A DNA stretch of 64,000 nucleotides from positions 16,928,001 to 16,992,000 of the forward strand of contig CM052817.1 in the NCBI GenBank assembly GCA_028534125.1, written 5' to 3'. This stretch comes from Lama glama (lineage: Eukaryota). A program made the translations under genes and the position numbers. Below the pieces are notes generated by a model. That model did not search any database. It saw only the letters and a program-made list of their open reading frames with translations, and was not told the origin of the DNA. Positions 40,101-55,460 of this stretch are shown here, piece by piece. Each line of letters begins with the position of its first letter. Within the stretch, counting starts at the first letter, position 1.

Positions 40101-41689
40101 GAAGCCGTGGGGAAACTGGTGGCCAGATGTCAAATGGTTGTCCAGTCACCAGCCTTGTCCCCACGTAACCTTGTAACCAAACAGTTCTAATAGAGGATAT
40201 ATATGCTTGGATGAGGAAAGCTGAAGGTTCCATTGAGCTGTGCTGTGGACCTGGGGGCCAGGGAAGATTTAGCAGAGGAAGTATCCAATTTGAGACTTGA
40301 AAATGAATAGCACTGGAACCCTGAGGCAGGGGTTAAGATCACCAGACTTGTGAGCCAGCTACTTTTCTTTTTAGAAAATATTCTGGCCAGTGGGTAAGAT
40401 TTATTCATTTTGATTTATTTATCTGAAATGAGAACTTGATAAGTTACCATGCAACTTTATAAAATTAAATATAAAAGGTTATAAGTGGGTTCTCAATACA
40501 TTTTCAGTTTCTACTTACCAAAGGATCAGTAATAATCCTTAAGTGTGGTTAAAATTTTGTTAATAAGTAATTCTCAAATTTATTGAGGGCCTACCATGTG
40601 CCAGGTACAGTTTTAAGCACTTGGCATATATCACGGGACAAAACAAAGATCTCTGCCCTGCTGGTACTTAGATCATTTTGTTATAGCATTGCAAATGTTC
40701 AGATGGAGTTGAAGGATGGATAAGACTCAGCCATAGGAAGGAAACTTGGCATATATATCAGAACAGCATGGGCAAAGTTTCAGAGGGTGAACTGGATGTC
40801 TTGTGAAAAGAGAGGAGCTTGAATAGAACTGGAACTTGACTAGAAGGCCACTGCTGCTTCTGAGAGGAGTCCCAAAGGATATTACAAAGGTAGAACTGAG
40901 ATTCTCCTTAGAAAATTTGAATATTTTTTGATACAGAGTCAAATCAAAATCTCATAGTTTATTTCTTAAAAGGGGTGAAATTAATTTTAACTGAAAAAAT
41001 GTTAAAGAAAATACAGGTAATTAAGCCCCCTCAGCTATTAAAAACCAAACCAATGACAACAAACCTTCAAACCAGATCGCTACAGCACATGTGTCCTGAA
41101 GTGTCATAACTTTAGTATGTGTTCTCCAAATTAAACTCATTGCTGAATGTACATTTAAGTGACTAAAACAAAGAAATCTGTAGAATGTATTTGTGAGTTA
41201 TAAGTCAGAAAGAAGAATCATCTACTGAAAAATAATTACTTGGATTTTAGAATAGTTGTATATAGTTCTGTTTTGTCTTCTGGCTGTAATTAGATAGGAA
41301 CAGTTGTCCTTTAAGTGCCTTTCTGGATTGTGATGGTAAATCCAGGCTATCTTCAGAGAATGCCAGTTTTCATTTATCCAAAAGAGTTGCTCAGTAAGGG
41401 ACCAGGTAAAGAAAAAGGGATTGAGAACATCCTGACTGATTTTGTAGGAATGGCTCTGATCTGATTTTGGTTGAAGCTGAATTATTAAGTATTCAGAGTA
41501 TGATCCTGGGCTCCAGGAGAGTAACAAAGGCAGGTTCTCTGATGAACTCATAAAGCTTAACCCATAAAGCAATTTGATAACATCTGATACTAACGTCAAA
41601 GTCTGCACGTAGTTTCCAAAAGAACTGCCCAAGTACATGTTGGGAGAGGCCAAGAGTGGTCCAAGAGTTTAGCCATTTCAGTATAAGTT

Positions 41690-42290
41690 AGTAGTATGCC
41701 AGGACTCCTAAACGACAAGTGTAATACTAGAGTGCTCTTTTTTTGGTATAGTGTCAAGACTGAGAGATGTCTCTATTCTCTGCAATGGGTTGCTTGATTC
41801 TGGAGACTGTATTTTAAGGAGGCACATTGAAAAGCTGAGGCATGAAACAGGAGGGCAACTTGGATGCTGAAAAGCCTGAAAATACTTCCATATGGAAGGA
41901 GGCAGAGAATAGAGGAGACTTAGGGAGCCATGAAATGATATTCAGCTATTTGAAGGGCCATCCCTGGGAAGAGAGGAGTAAGTACTTTTGTTTTACTCCA
42001 GATGGCAGGTCTAGGACATTGGTTGAAACTGCAGGAGAACCAATTTCTGAAGAAGAAACAAGTTTATATTTGTTTTCAAACAAGCGAAACATTAAAAAAG
42101 TGATCAACACAACATTGTAAAATGACTATAACTCAATAAAAAAAGTTAAAAAAAAGGAGTGATCTCTCTTTGAAAATGTTTAAACATTGGCCCAAAGACC
42201 ACCTGCTGATGATGAATTATAGAAAGTGTACCAGTACTGGGAGCAAAGTTGAAATAACTTTTCAAATTCTTCCTTGGCGTTAAGAGCCCT
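41690..42290 (+). mobile_element. L3/CR1 remnant with a tiny L1 tail insertion (about 42106-42155)
   Basis: tttaaggaggcacattgaaaagctg, ttcagctatttgaagggc; insert aacattgtaaaatgactataactcaataaaaaa flanked by agtgatc repeats. Confidence 0.6.
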
Positions 42291-42769
42291 GACCTAGAAG
42301 AACTATCACTTGACTAATGATGATGATTATTGGCACAACTTGGCACATAAATAATACTGTATTTATTCATTTAAATGTTTGTTTAGAACCTGCTAAATGC
42401 TGAGCCCTCTTCCAGGTGCTAGGGATACACAGTTAACAAGAAAGACAGAGTTTCTCCCTTCATTCTTATGAATTTCCATGGAATAGATAATAATGATTTG
42501 GAATAAGCGTATCAGTTGTATAGACATAATTATTTATTCTTTTAAGTATGCCCAAGGGCCTTTTTTCTAGTATTTTTCTCACCACAAAATTTTAAAAGTT
42601 AGTTGATAGTAGTCTTAATTTATGTCTGAATTAAAGCAAATATTAAATTAAGGAAAGTTTATAGTTTGAATTTTCATAAAATTGAATACATGTAATAGCA
42701 TTTAAATGCCTTTCAAAGTAAAATGTGAATAACTTTTGGCTTGTCTACCACTTTTTTTCCTGCCACTTT

Positions 42770-44745
42770 AAATGATCAGTTATTAATTCTGCAAATGTTT
42801 ATTGAGTGCCTCTGATGTTCCAGGAACTGTAAAAGTTCTGGTCATATACCAGTGAAAGAAACCCATATCTTCTTGGAGCTGACAAAATAAATAAGTTATT
42901 TAATATGTTAGGTGGTAAGTGCTAACCAGAAAAATAAAATGCAGGCTAGGGGAGATTGGATAGGGTCTTGGGGGCCAGTATAAGGACTTGGACTTTTTTT
43001 CTGAATGAGATGGAAAAACACTGGGCTGTTTTGTACAGAGGAGTGACATGATCAGACTTACATTTAAATAGGATGACTATAGCTTCTCTGCTGAGTATGG
43101 GGAGGGCATGGCTGAGTATAGGGAGGAGACCAGTTAGGAGACTTTGGCAACAATCTAGGATAGAGTTGATAGTGACTTTAATCACACAGAAGGAATGGAG
43201 ATGGCAAGAGGTGGTTAGATTTAGGATATCTATTTAAAGTAGAGCCACACAACTTACTGATGGATTGGATGTGGGAGAAGAGAGTGAGATCATGGATGAT
43301 TCCAAGGTTTTTGGCAAGAGCAACTGGAGATTTGGAGTTGCAAGTAACTGAAATAGGGATACTGGGAGTGAAGCAGTCAAGAGGAAATGCGGACTGGAGT
43401 TTGGGGTAGTAAAGTTTGAGTTGTCTACTAAAACATCCAAGTTGAGATGCTGAGTACAGTAGTCAGGGGTTCAGGGCAGAAATCCAGGCTTGAGGTACAA
43501 ATTTGGGAGTCGTCAGTGCTGATAAGGGAGGGAAGAGGACCATGAACAGAACCTGGGGCATTCCAAAGTTTAGACAGTCAGGGAGATGAAAATGAGTCAG
43601 CAAGAGATTGAAAAAGAGGAGCCAATGAAATGGGAAGACAACCTGGAGAAGTGGCATCTTGAAAGCCAAGTGAAGAAAATATTTTCAGGAGGAGGGAGTG
43701 ACCAACAGAATGAAATGGTGGTGTTGGTCAAGGAAGATAAGGTCTGAGGTTGAATTTAGCAAAGTGGAGGTCACTATGTACCCTGACAAAAATTAAATCA
43801 GTGGAGTGATCAGGTCAGAGGCTAGATTGAAATGGGTTCAAAAGAAAGTGGGAGAAGGAAAATTGGAGATGGTAAATGTAATTATATAGCTCTTCCGTTA
43901 TAAAAGGGAACAAAGAAATGAGGGAGTGTCTAGGGGAACTTTGGGGGCTAAAAGAGATTTGTTTTAAAATGAGAAAAATTACAGCATGCTTTATGTGGTG
44001 ATGGAAATGTTCCAGTAGAGAGGGAAATAGTGATGCAGGAAAGAATTGCTGAAGAAATGTCCTGGAGTAGTCAGGAAGAGATAGTTCTGGTATACAAAGT
44101 GGAGTTGATCTCAGAGCTTGGCAGAAGGCAGAGGATGTGGAAGGGCGGTTACGGTGCTGAGGGCTGATGGTAGTTTTTTCTGATTGCTTCTCTTTTCTTC
44201 TTGAAATAGGAAGCTGGATCATCTGCTGAGAGGGAAGAGAGGTTAGGAATTTGAGGAGAAGAGAGGGTATGAGATAGTTCTCTGAAAGAGTGGGAATATC
44301 TATTTATCAGTCTATTTATAACTCAGTCTGCTTTAACAAAATACGCTAGCCTGGGTAGCTTAAACAACTGACATTTATTTCTCACTGTTCTGGAAGCTGG
44401 GGAGTCCAAGATCAGGGCACCAGGGTGACCACGTTCTTTGGAAGGGCTCTCTTCTTGGCTTGCAGTTGACAGCCTTCTCACTGTTTCCTCACTTGGCAGA
44501 GGGAGAGAGAGAGAATGCTCTAATCCCATCATGAGGTCCCCACCCTCTTGGCCTCATCTAAACTTAATTACTTCCCAAAGAATCCATCTTCTTGTAGGAT
44601 CACATTGGGGGGTTAAGGCTTCGGTGTATTTTGGAGAGTCATAAACAGTCTCTAACAGGAGATGTGGTATGTTTCCTGGGCAAAATGAGGGGCCACCTGA
44701 AGTTTGTGGTGATGAACTGAAAGGGAGACATGAGGCATTGTGTGT

Positions 44746-44788
<43 letters not shown>

Positions 44789-45180
44789 TAGTCAGGTTCA
44801 GCTCTCTGGGCACAGGCAGAGTCAGCAGACAGTTGGTTTTTACCAGGATTGGGACTTTTCCAGGTGACCATGATGCGGGGTGGTGAGGGGAGAGAGTGAC
44901 TGTATGATGATTAACCATAATGTAAGCTGGGCAAGGAGGGAAGTAGGGACACAAAGTGGGTGAAGACCCTGATGGCATATGGCTGTGGGTGCTAGTGGGA
45001 TGGAAGTTTTTGGACTCTGAGTGTGAGAGTGAATGAGGTAGGAAAATAGAAGGTGCTTGAAATGGAAAGTATGGAGAAGTTGCAGGTGTTGGGAATGACA
45101 GGTCTGGAGAAGGGCTACAGACAGAGGCTGAGGCAGGATGAAGAACACAGTCACTGGGAGGGTATTAGTGTGATTATTTC
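42770..45180 (-). mobile_element. Long L2 remnant interrupted by MLT1A (about 44320-44655) and (TG)n
   Basis: caaatgtttattgagtgcc, gagtgacatgatcagact, gatggattggatgtggga, aaagccaagtgaagaaa; (TG)n at about 44739-44787. Confidence 0.78.
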
Positions 45181-45309
45181 AACCTAGGAGATCTTTCCCA
45201 AGTGGCATTATTTGAAGCTTGAAGTGGGGTTAGAGAAAAAAAAGGATCATCAAACCAGCCCATAACAATACATTTTCTGTACCCAGATGTCTTAATGCTA
45301 ATAACTTAA

Positions 45310-45579
<270 letters not shown>

Positions 45580-47164
45580 TAACAGGCATTTTGGAAAACA
45601 CTAATTTAAATGTGAAGTCATTGTGAGTTTCTGAAAATATTCCTAATAAATCTGATTGCACCTTCTTTCAAAAATAAAGGTCAGTTTATTTTTAACTAAA
45701 GGACTCTACTGTTTAAAAATAGAGCTATTCATTTTAAGTCATAGTTTTCTGTTTTATTAATAATATGGTTTCAAGTATTTATTGAATATTCACATTCAGC
45801 TGTAGATTTGTTGGGTTTATAGTCACAAGTCCTTTCCTTACAGTAACCAAGCAGAGTAGAAGTTTAAACTTTCAGAGCCTTTTTAATATCATTTCGAAGT
45901 GCTTGATTTTTTTTTTCAAAGATTTATTTTACCTTCAGAACATTTTTCCCAGCATTACAACAGAGAAAGGAGCCTGGGCTGTCTGAAGTTTGAAGGCACT
46001 GGAATGTGACAAAGTGAAATGAACCAAAGTATAATTCTAAGGCAGAAAGGAAAAGTTGATATGGGATTTTGTTCTACTTAGTCTAGAATTTTTCAAAAAT
46101 ATATATTATCATTTCTAAAAGCTTTCTGAATGATGCATAGTCAGCAGTTCTTTTTTCAGGAGAAAAAAGATGGTAATTTCATCCAAATATTTTTTGCAAA
46201 GACTGAAGTTGTATTTTAAAACATAGTCTTTTTTGAGATTTAAATATGTATGGAGATAATGTTAAATTCCAAGCTTGATTTCTTAATTTGTTTTTGTTGA
46301 CTTTTTCATTAGTGACTCAGACTTTATTGCATTTATAAAACAATTATATACTTATAGTAAGATTTTTATTTCTTGTTTGAGGATAATTTAGCTTCTAAAT
46401 TTAATATGAATATATTTTATCAGATCAGTAATAAAGATTATAGACTTTAGACATCCATGAGCAGTTTTTTAAAGAGGAGTTTATTTAAAATTAGTTCATT
46501 AAAAATTGGAAAAATTTAGGGTGGGAAATTCTGACAACATAGATGTCCCTAGATCCTGTCATTATGACTGTATTTTAGAGATGACTTTTTGTCATTGGAT
46601 TTACTCATTTAACAAACACTTGAATGCCTACTGTGTACAAGCTGCTGTTCTGAGTACTCAGGATATAGCCCTACCAAAGAAAGTCCTTGCCCTTTTAGAA
46701 TGTACATCCACTGGGGAAAGTAGACAGTAAATAAACATAGAATTTGGATATTTAATAGATATTGAATAATAATACTGCTTGACCTAGATCAGTGGATTTC
46801 AAACATTTTAAAATCAGTGGAACCCTTTCTTAAGTAGGAAGTCCAGTAACGTAAAACAGGTAAAATCAGAGTCGATCTGGTTAAGTGGCATGGGGTCTTA
46901 GAGCCCTGCTCACACCTTTTCTCTCACCTTCCCTAGGGTTTCTCAGAGCACAGTTTGAAAACTATTAGGCCAGAGGATTATTGATTTTAGGTTATGAATG
47001 AGAATGAGTGTAAAACTGTAATTGGAACTAAACCTCTTAATAGTTAAGGGTTATGCCCAAATCTGTGGTAGAAAAAAAGTAGAAAAAGATCAGAATGCAT
47101 TTTATGGATTATTATCTCTGTATATTAAAAGTCTAATAAAATTTCTCCCTTTTCTCCCCTATAG

Positions 47165-47398
<234 letters not shown>

Positions 47399-48005
47399 TA
47401 ATTTACAGCTCCTTTCCCCGTGCACACTTCAGTAATATTTATAATGACAGAGTCTAAAGTCGCATCCCTTTTTTTGGTAATCCAGAGTCAAGAATGCCTA
47501 GTAAGCTGATTCTAGTATAGATCCACAAAATGTCCAAGGGAATATCTCTTGCTCGTGTGAGCTGAGGTGATGCTAATGAAAAGAGGAGAGGAAATTAGCA
47601 TTTAGAAAGCAGAAAAAAAAAATCAAGGATCTAGAAATTCTGTTGAAGGTAGAGATAACTAATATGCTCAGAAGACTGCTATCTTTTTTCTGGTTTGGCC
47701 TTTATACATTTTTACTTGAAGATCGCCTCAAAATATTCATTCCTAATGCCACTTGCTTCTTTCAAGACTTACTTCTTTCTTCCATTGGTCAGTTTCAGGC
47801 TGCCTCTCTGAGAGAGAAATACACATGTGCCATTTAAGCAACTTTGCAAAATCCCTTATCCTTTCTGTTTTAGATTCTCCAGAGCATTTAGTATAGTATT
47901 AAACTTTGCTAGTTTACAGCACTAGAGTGAGTTCCATGATGTATGTGACTAGAAATACTATAATGCAAATTCTAATAGCCACTTTTCTAAACTGTTCATT
48001 TCTAG

Positions 48006-48188
<183 letters not shown>

Positions 48189-49747
48189 TGAGTTCTGCAT
48201 GCTAGGCACTGTGTGGTGGGCTGTGGATGTATTGGTAAAAACAGTCTTTCCATCTTCAGGAGCTTATCGTAGCAAGCAGTGATAAAGCTGTCAGGATGGT
48301 CATGTGCAGGGAGCTTAGAGAGGTTAAAGGAGGGTGGTCTAACCCAGTTTGGAAGGCTAGGGAATTTCCAAGAAGAGGTTGCTCCTAAGGCTTCATAAAG
48401 CAGTGTCTGAAAGTACTAGGTTTTACTCCAAACCTGTTAGCTCTGAGACCTTGGGCAAGTCCCTTACTCTCCAAGCCCCAGTTTCTATAAAACAGAGATG
48501 AGAAGAACTATGTCTTTGGGTTGCAAGAATAAAATGAATAAATTTGTACAAGTACTTGGTACATATAGTACCTGGCACATAGTAAATGGTAGTAACTAAC
48601 TTTGCTCACTGCATATTAGATTTTGTTTTTTCATATCACTTTAAAGTAAACTTAAGGGATGATTAGCAACTAGCTAAGCAAGGATGGGGAGGGTTAATGA
48701 GAAAAGCATTCTAGATAAACCTCTAGGCTGTATTGTTATTTAAAAAAAATATATTTGACCTTCAATTCTGTTGTGTTGTTGTCGCTATACATTTATCTAT
48801 ATAAAAGAATTTGAGTAGGAATACATAGTTAACCTAACTTGTCTTTAATATTGTCCTCTAAGTAAGTAGGAAGTTTGAAAAAATTTACAAGGCCTCTTAC
48901 TCCTTAGCTACACTGAAATAAGTGTGACTAAAGAAGTATATTATTTCCATACTTATGAGTACTAGAACTTCATTATAAGTGCTTTAGAGAAGACATTTAG
49001 GAAATCATTAAAATTTCATGCCAACAAGGACATAAAGTGTTATGATAAGAGATAGATTTTGTTTGTGGTGATTTTTTATGAGGCTAGCTAGGTTACCTGT
49101 TCATTACCTGTGTGTCCTGTGCTGTATAAATTTGTATTTCTTTCTTTAAAAAATTGTTTAATGTTAACAACTAGTCATTTTAGTGATAGAAAGCCTTATA
49201 AAACAGACATATCTTCAAGGAAAGGACTTTTAAAAAAAAACACTATAGAGGTTATGATTAAAGAATTAATTTTTTTAAAAATAAAACTATTTTCTCTATT
49301 TTATGTTGTAAAAAGAATCCTGAAGTATTACTTCAGTAAGATAACATTATACTGTTATTAAATAACTAGGATAGGTGTAAAATTTGGTCTTTATAATTAA
49401 ATTAATTTTAATGAATATGTTTAGAAAATAGCATTCTTGTTGAGATTCTCACCTTGAGGGCACACTTGTATTTTCTTTTTAAATGATCCTAAAATAGCTT
49501 CTATGCTCCTTGAAAGTCTAAGATTGAGCATTTTTTATTTGCTATGTATTCTTTATGTGATTATTTAAAATTAGGGTATAAAAATAGTTTTCTTGATAAA
49601 TGTGGTTTATCTAAATTAGTGTTAACTTCTATTTTCTTACTGTGTCTAAATAAAGTATTTGGTGATAACAGTGCTGAGAAATTTAAAAAGTAATCCATTT
49701 GTTCTTGTGTGGTTTTTTGTTTCTAACTGTAATTCTTAACATTATAG

Positions 49748-49945
<198 letters not shown>

Positions 49946-50339
49946 TAAACTATATTGAACTCTTGTTTATCTGAACCAAAGACATAAAATGTTGCTGCAG
50001 TAATTTGAGGCCACTTTTTCTTTACCTGCCTGAAAAAACAGGGATATAGTACTGACTCTCCTGGGCAGAATGAATACTGTTATGGGGATTCTGATTCAGA
50101 GCAGGCTCCTGTCCAGGTGCTAGTGGTCAGTTCCTGTCCCTAGAGGGGAGTTTCTTGGCAGCAGGACAAAGCCTGCTGGAAATTGGAAATGTTATCTGCA
50201 TAATATGAATAATTAAAACTTGATTGTATAAATTATTTTAAATGCTTATTTTGACATTAAATGACTGTTAATATAGTCTATAAATACATTAAACTCTTAA
50301 TTTTTTTTGTGCTGGAAGGGAACAATGACATAGGTAATC

Positions 50340-50505
50340 CAAAACAATGATTCCCAAATATGGGTCCTTGGACAGTCAGAGTCAGTATTATGTGGGCACT
50401 TGTTACAAATGCCCACCCCAGACCTGCTGAATATGGGGCCAGCAGTTTGTGTTTTAACAAGTCCTCCAGGTAATTCTGGTGCACTCTGAAGTTTGTGAAA
50501 CACTG
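50340..50505. mobile_element. MER5A-like DNA transposon
   Basis: ttgttacaaatgc..cccagacctgctgaat..gttttaacaagtcctccaggtaattct..aagtttgtgaaacactg. Confidence 0.75.
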
Positions 50506-50618
50506 GCTGAAATATTTCTTCATTTATATTGGTTACTGAAAAAGCATTATATGCTTTTTTAGATTTACCTTTTTAAATCATATAGTCTTAGGTTAATGTT
50601 AAAATTAATGTGGAGTCT

Positions 50619-51076
50619 GATGGAGTATTGCTCAGCCATGAAAAAGAGTGAAATACTGTCATTTGCAGCAACTTGAATGGACCGGAGAATATACTTACTG
50701 AAGTCAGTCAGAGATAGACAGATGTTACATGGTATCATTTAGATGTGGAATCTAAAAAAATAGTACAAATGAATCCATGTACAAAAAAGGAACAGACTCA
50801 CAGACATAGAAAAAAAAACTTACAGTTACCCAAGGAGAGAGGGAAGTGGGGAGGGACAAATTAGGAATATGGGATTTACAGATATAAACTACTATACATA
50901 ATATCGATAAGCAATAAGGATTTACTATATAGAACAGAGAATTATTTTTAATATCTTGTAATAGCCTGTAATGGAAAATAATCTGAAAAAAGATATGTCT
51001 ATATAACCAAATCACTTTGCTGTACCCCTAAAACTAATACTATATCATAAATCAACTATACTTCAATTAAAAAAAA
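50619..51076 (+). mobile_element. 5'-truncated L1 3' end (ungulate type)
   Basis: gatggagtattgctcagccatgaaaaag..gtggaatctaaaaaa..aaatcaactatacttcaattaaaaaaaa. Confidence 0.85.
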
Positions 51077-51510
51077 TTGGTGCAGAGTCTAGAGTACTTC
51101 TATATAGATATTAGGTAAAGCCCATTGGGAAATTTGCCTGGTAATAGGGGTAGATGCTTTTTCTTCCTAAGGTGAAGAGAAGTTATCCTTTTTAATTACC
51201 TTGACTTAATAGTTCTTGACAGTAATTGTACCTACCTCACAAAGTGGTTATAAGAATTCAATGAATTAATACATGTTAAGCACTTAAAACAATGTCTGGC
51301 ACAGAATAAATGCTCAATAAATGTTAGCTAACATTTATGAGTATTTTTTAATCTGTATGTGTTAAATTAGAGCCTTTAATGTGTCAACATGCTACAAAAA
51401 ACAAGTTAAGGTCTTGACAGTAAAGAGGTGACTAGATTTTTCCCCTTAATATTAAGCTTGATGTCCATAAAAAATGAAGTAACAGATTTTTTGTTTGTTT
51501 GTTTTGAAAG

Positions 51511-51572
51511 ACAGGGGAAACGACAATTGGTTAATCAAATATGAAAAGCAGAAACATGAAAAGGAAGTTAAG
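51511..51572 (+). CDS. PI4K2B: PI4K2B coding exon 6 (catalytic DRGNDNW)
   Basis: ttttgaaag| acceptor; (D)RGNDNWLIKYEKQKHEKEVK; donor AAG|GTAAGG; 62 nt, phases fit neighbours. Confidence 0.95.
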
Positions 51573-53575
51573 GTAAGGAAATTTTAAATTACTATATATG
51601 TATCTGAATACACGCACACTATCAATTTCTGTAAAACATTCCTTCAAGTTAAGTTATTCTTCACCACTTCCTCATTTCCTTCACTTAGATCCTTGGTGTT
51701 TTATCTCTCTTGCTGTTTTTATCATTTTTTTCTTTCCTTCCCCTATTCACATTGCATTTTTTATTCTATTTTTAAAATCTCTATGCAGCCTTAATTTGTA
51801 TGTTGTTTTAGAATAAAAGAATGATATCAGCTCAGTACTTTTTTAGGGCTTGGAAATTTGTTGTAGAACCACCAGATTTATTTTGCTTTTATGTAATAAA
51901 GGCTTCTAGTATTTTTTGCCAAAGTGTTTATATTTTGCTAATTCACTTCTTTCTGAGTCTTATGACAGAATTACCCAATAAAGTGGAATATGTGTGCTTT
52001 ACCTGTGAATCATATCCACTGAACTTAAAAAAATATACTTCTGTTTATAAGAAGCAGGTTTTCACACACATAATAGGCTTCAAAGACCCTTAACGCTGTC
52101 AAAATGATAGATTTTAGATTCATTCCTATGAACTTTGACTCCCCAAGTTCAAATTTCAGATATGTACATAGAAGATACTTTCAGAATAATTTTACTAGTT
52201 TAAAGCAGTTTATACATTTGAGAAAGTTTTAACCGATTAAAAAAAATTCTGACATGTTTACAATCTGTGTATTCTCATAATTTAAAGCTATTGTATCCCT
52301 GTAAAAAGTTTGTAGTTTATCAAACAAATTTTAAGTTACATATTCATAGTACTCAGCAATAAAAAAAGAACAAACTTGAGATGCACATGATAACATGGAT
52401 GAATCTCAAAATCCTGCTGAGTGAAAGAAGCTACACAAAAGAGGAGGAGATACTATCTGATTCCTTTTATACAAAAATCTAGAAAGTGCAAACTAATCCC
52501 TAGTGACAGAAAGCAGCCCGTGGTTGCCTGTGGTGGGAGGGGACTGCTAAGGGACACGAGGAAACTTCTGGGTGGCTTTGCATCTGTCAGTGCTTCTCAG
52601 ATTGTATACTTTAGTATATAGAGTTTATTGTCTGTAAATTATACCTCAATAAAGCTGTAAATAGAAAAAAAGATAGAAATAAAAATAAAAGGCAGTTATA
52701 GCAGAAATGGGTTGAAAATACACATAAAAATATACACATTTATAATAGTTCCTAAATATATTTTATTGGTATATTTTAAGCAGTTGGACTTTACTGAAAA
52801 CTTTGTTCTTTTGCTCTGAAGTATTTTATACATTTTCAGTAAGATAAAGTATTTGATACAAACTAGCAGAAACAATCCTGGCATATATCACATGGTCCTT
52901 CACTCTAATACTTTTAATTTAAAAATTATTTTTTTCACCTTTTGTTGTTTTGTCTAGGCAACTTAAGGATAGCAAGCATCTGTTTTTAGATAATAGGAAT
53001 AGATAGTAGGAAGTAGTGAGAATTCTCTTACTCCTGAGGTCTTCATTTCTGAGAAGAGAGTAGAGGTTAGAATTGGCCTACATTCTGTAATCAGGAGTAT
53101 CTTGAGGTTCCTTCTACTGGACCTTATTATATTTAGCTATGGTCGTTGGGGAGTTTTATTTAGAAATATTTTGTATTTGAACTAATTATTTCTATGAGAC
53201 CTGAGGAAAGACTTGATTTTAATAAGGTAACTTTGTTAAGTTGAGATCTTAAAAATATCAGCCTTTTGCAAGTATACACTTAAGCAATGCATCTAACAGC
53301 ATTTTTTTAAGTCTTAGTAATTCCCTCTTCCCCAAAGAGGAAAAAACTTAAACTATTACTGTATAAATGTGTAATACCAAATTTTAAAAAAAGTGATTGT
53401 GAAATTTTTACTGAAGACAGTTTCTTCCCTTAAAGGATAAATTCTTTCTGCCATGTTAATTTTTATAGTCTCTTCAAATAAAATTTGTTTAAATCTCAGT
53501 AATTATTGTAAATTTATCTTTTAGAAATGTTCATAAAAATTTTTTTTATCAACAGACTATTTTTCTCCCTTTTAG

Positions 53576-53675
53576 GAAACAAAATGGACTGATGATAAAG
53601 AATCGCTTATTAAAATAGCTGCAATTGATAATGGTCTAGCATTTCCTTTTAAACATCCTGATGAGTGGAGAGCAT
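53576..53675 (+). CDS. PI4K2B: PI4K2B coding exon 7 (IDNGLAF motif)
   Basis: ccttttag| acceptor; ETKWTDDKESLIKIAAIDNGLAFPFKHPDEWRA(Y); donor CAT|GTGAGT; 100 nt. Confidence 0.97.
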
Positions 53676-55460
53676 GTGAGTATTTAGGACCTTCCTTAGA
53701 TTCTATGGTTACCCCATTTCCAGAACAAGAAGGGAATGAAATTTATAGATATCAAAATAGCAGAGGAAAATTTACCGAGTGAAGTCTAATTATTCGTTAG
53801 GGCTCAATTCTAGGCACTAGGGATGTGCGCTGCACTCTGGTCTTGCCATGTGTTGTTTCCTTATTTTTGGATGACTCTGGTTTTAATGTTTGGGCTTGTG
53901 TTAGTCTTGTAAATAAGTTTGATAGCTTTTCACTTTTTAAATTTATGTAACATGGGAATGATCTATTTCAATATTTTGGTAGAATTTTATTTTAATGTTC
54001 TGGGTAGTAGTCACTTCTAAAACAATTTAGGCCTACCTCCTCCTAATAGTGAGTAGTGCTGTGTCTGCCTTATCCGTCTCTTTTATGGTTAATGGTCAGG
54101 TTTTCTACATCTTCTTGAGTCAGTTTTAGACATTATTATGTTATTTAAAATTACACATGTTATCTTGAGTTGTGATTTATGGCTATAAAGTTTTTTTGTA
54201 GAATTCTCTTATGATTAAAAAAATACCCTCAAAAATACCCTCTGTTCATATAAAATATTTAGGGGTGAAATGAAATGATATCTGGAATTTGCCTTAAAAT
54301 ACTTAAGTGGAGGGAAAATGGAAATTGATGAAACAAGTTTTGTGAAAATTTTGGGAATAATTGAATTAGGTTATTCAGAATATGGAAGTTCATACCTGTT
54401 CTTTTTAATTTTGTGTATGTTTGAAATATGTGTAATAGATTTGAAAACTAATCTCTGTATTCATGACTATGTCTCTTTTAAATTCCTACTGTTTATGAGT
54501 GGATTTTTTTTTCAATAGACTTGCCAAAGATTTGTCTGTTATAAAGAATTGGCCCATATATATATTTATAAAATTTGTTTTTGCTTTTATCAGATAATTG
54601 GCCTTTTATTGATCAGGTTTGCAGTTTGTTTATTTGCTTTTTCTCTTTCATTGATTTATGTCTTCCATCATTATTCTTTTCTTCTATTGTGTTCATCCTG
54701 TTTTGTTTTCCTGTGCATATTTTTCTAGGTGTCATTGCAAAACCACAGATTGAATAGGTGTTACTCTATCGTTCTGCTTTTACATATTCATATTTTAAGA
54801 CTTTCTTTTTGACAGGAATAATTTAAAAGTATTTTGTTTGGTTATAAATTTCTAGGTCAGTCGATTTATTTAAAAAAAAGCCATCCATTGTTATTTTCAA
54901 GTTTTATTGCTTTGTAATCTGTGAGTGTAACTATATGAATTCTGCTTCTTGAAATTTGTTAATAATTCTTTTGTAATTTTATATATGGCCAATTTGGAGA
55001 ACTGTATTTGAAAAGAATGTGTTTGGGCACAAAGTTCTGTATCTCTACTAATTAAAGCTTGTTAGTTGTTAGTCAAATCATATTCTTGACTTACTTTTGA
55101 CCACTTGATCTGCTAATTTTTGAGAGACGGTGAAAGGTCATTGTGATTGTGATGTCAATTTCTTCTGGCATTTCTGTGCATTTTTTGCTTTGTATTTCAC
55201 ATACATAAAGGCCCAACATTTTATCTTGCTGGTGGCTTGTTCTTTTTATTAGTGTAGAATATATCCCACTTTATCCCTCACAATGTTTTTTGCTTTTCTT
55301 ATTTCATCTGTTGTAACATTACTATACCTCATTTCTTTTTTGTTAGCATTTACCTGTTTTGTTCTATACTTTCATTTTTAACTTCCATCATTTTGTTTTA
55401 AGTGTATTACAAATGAACAGCTCTTAGCTGGAGATTTGTTTTACCCAATCTGAGATTCTT

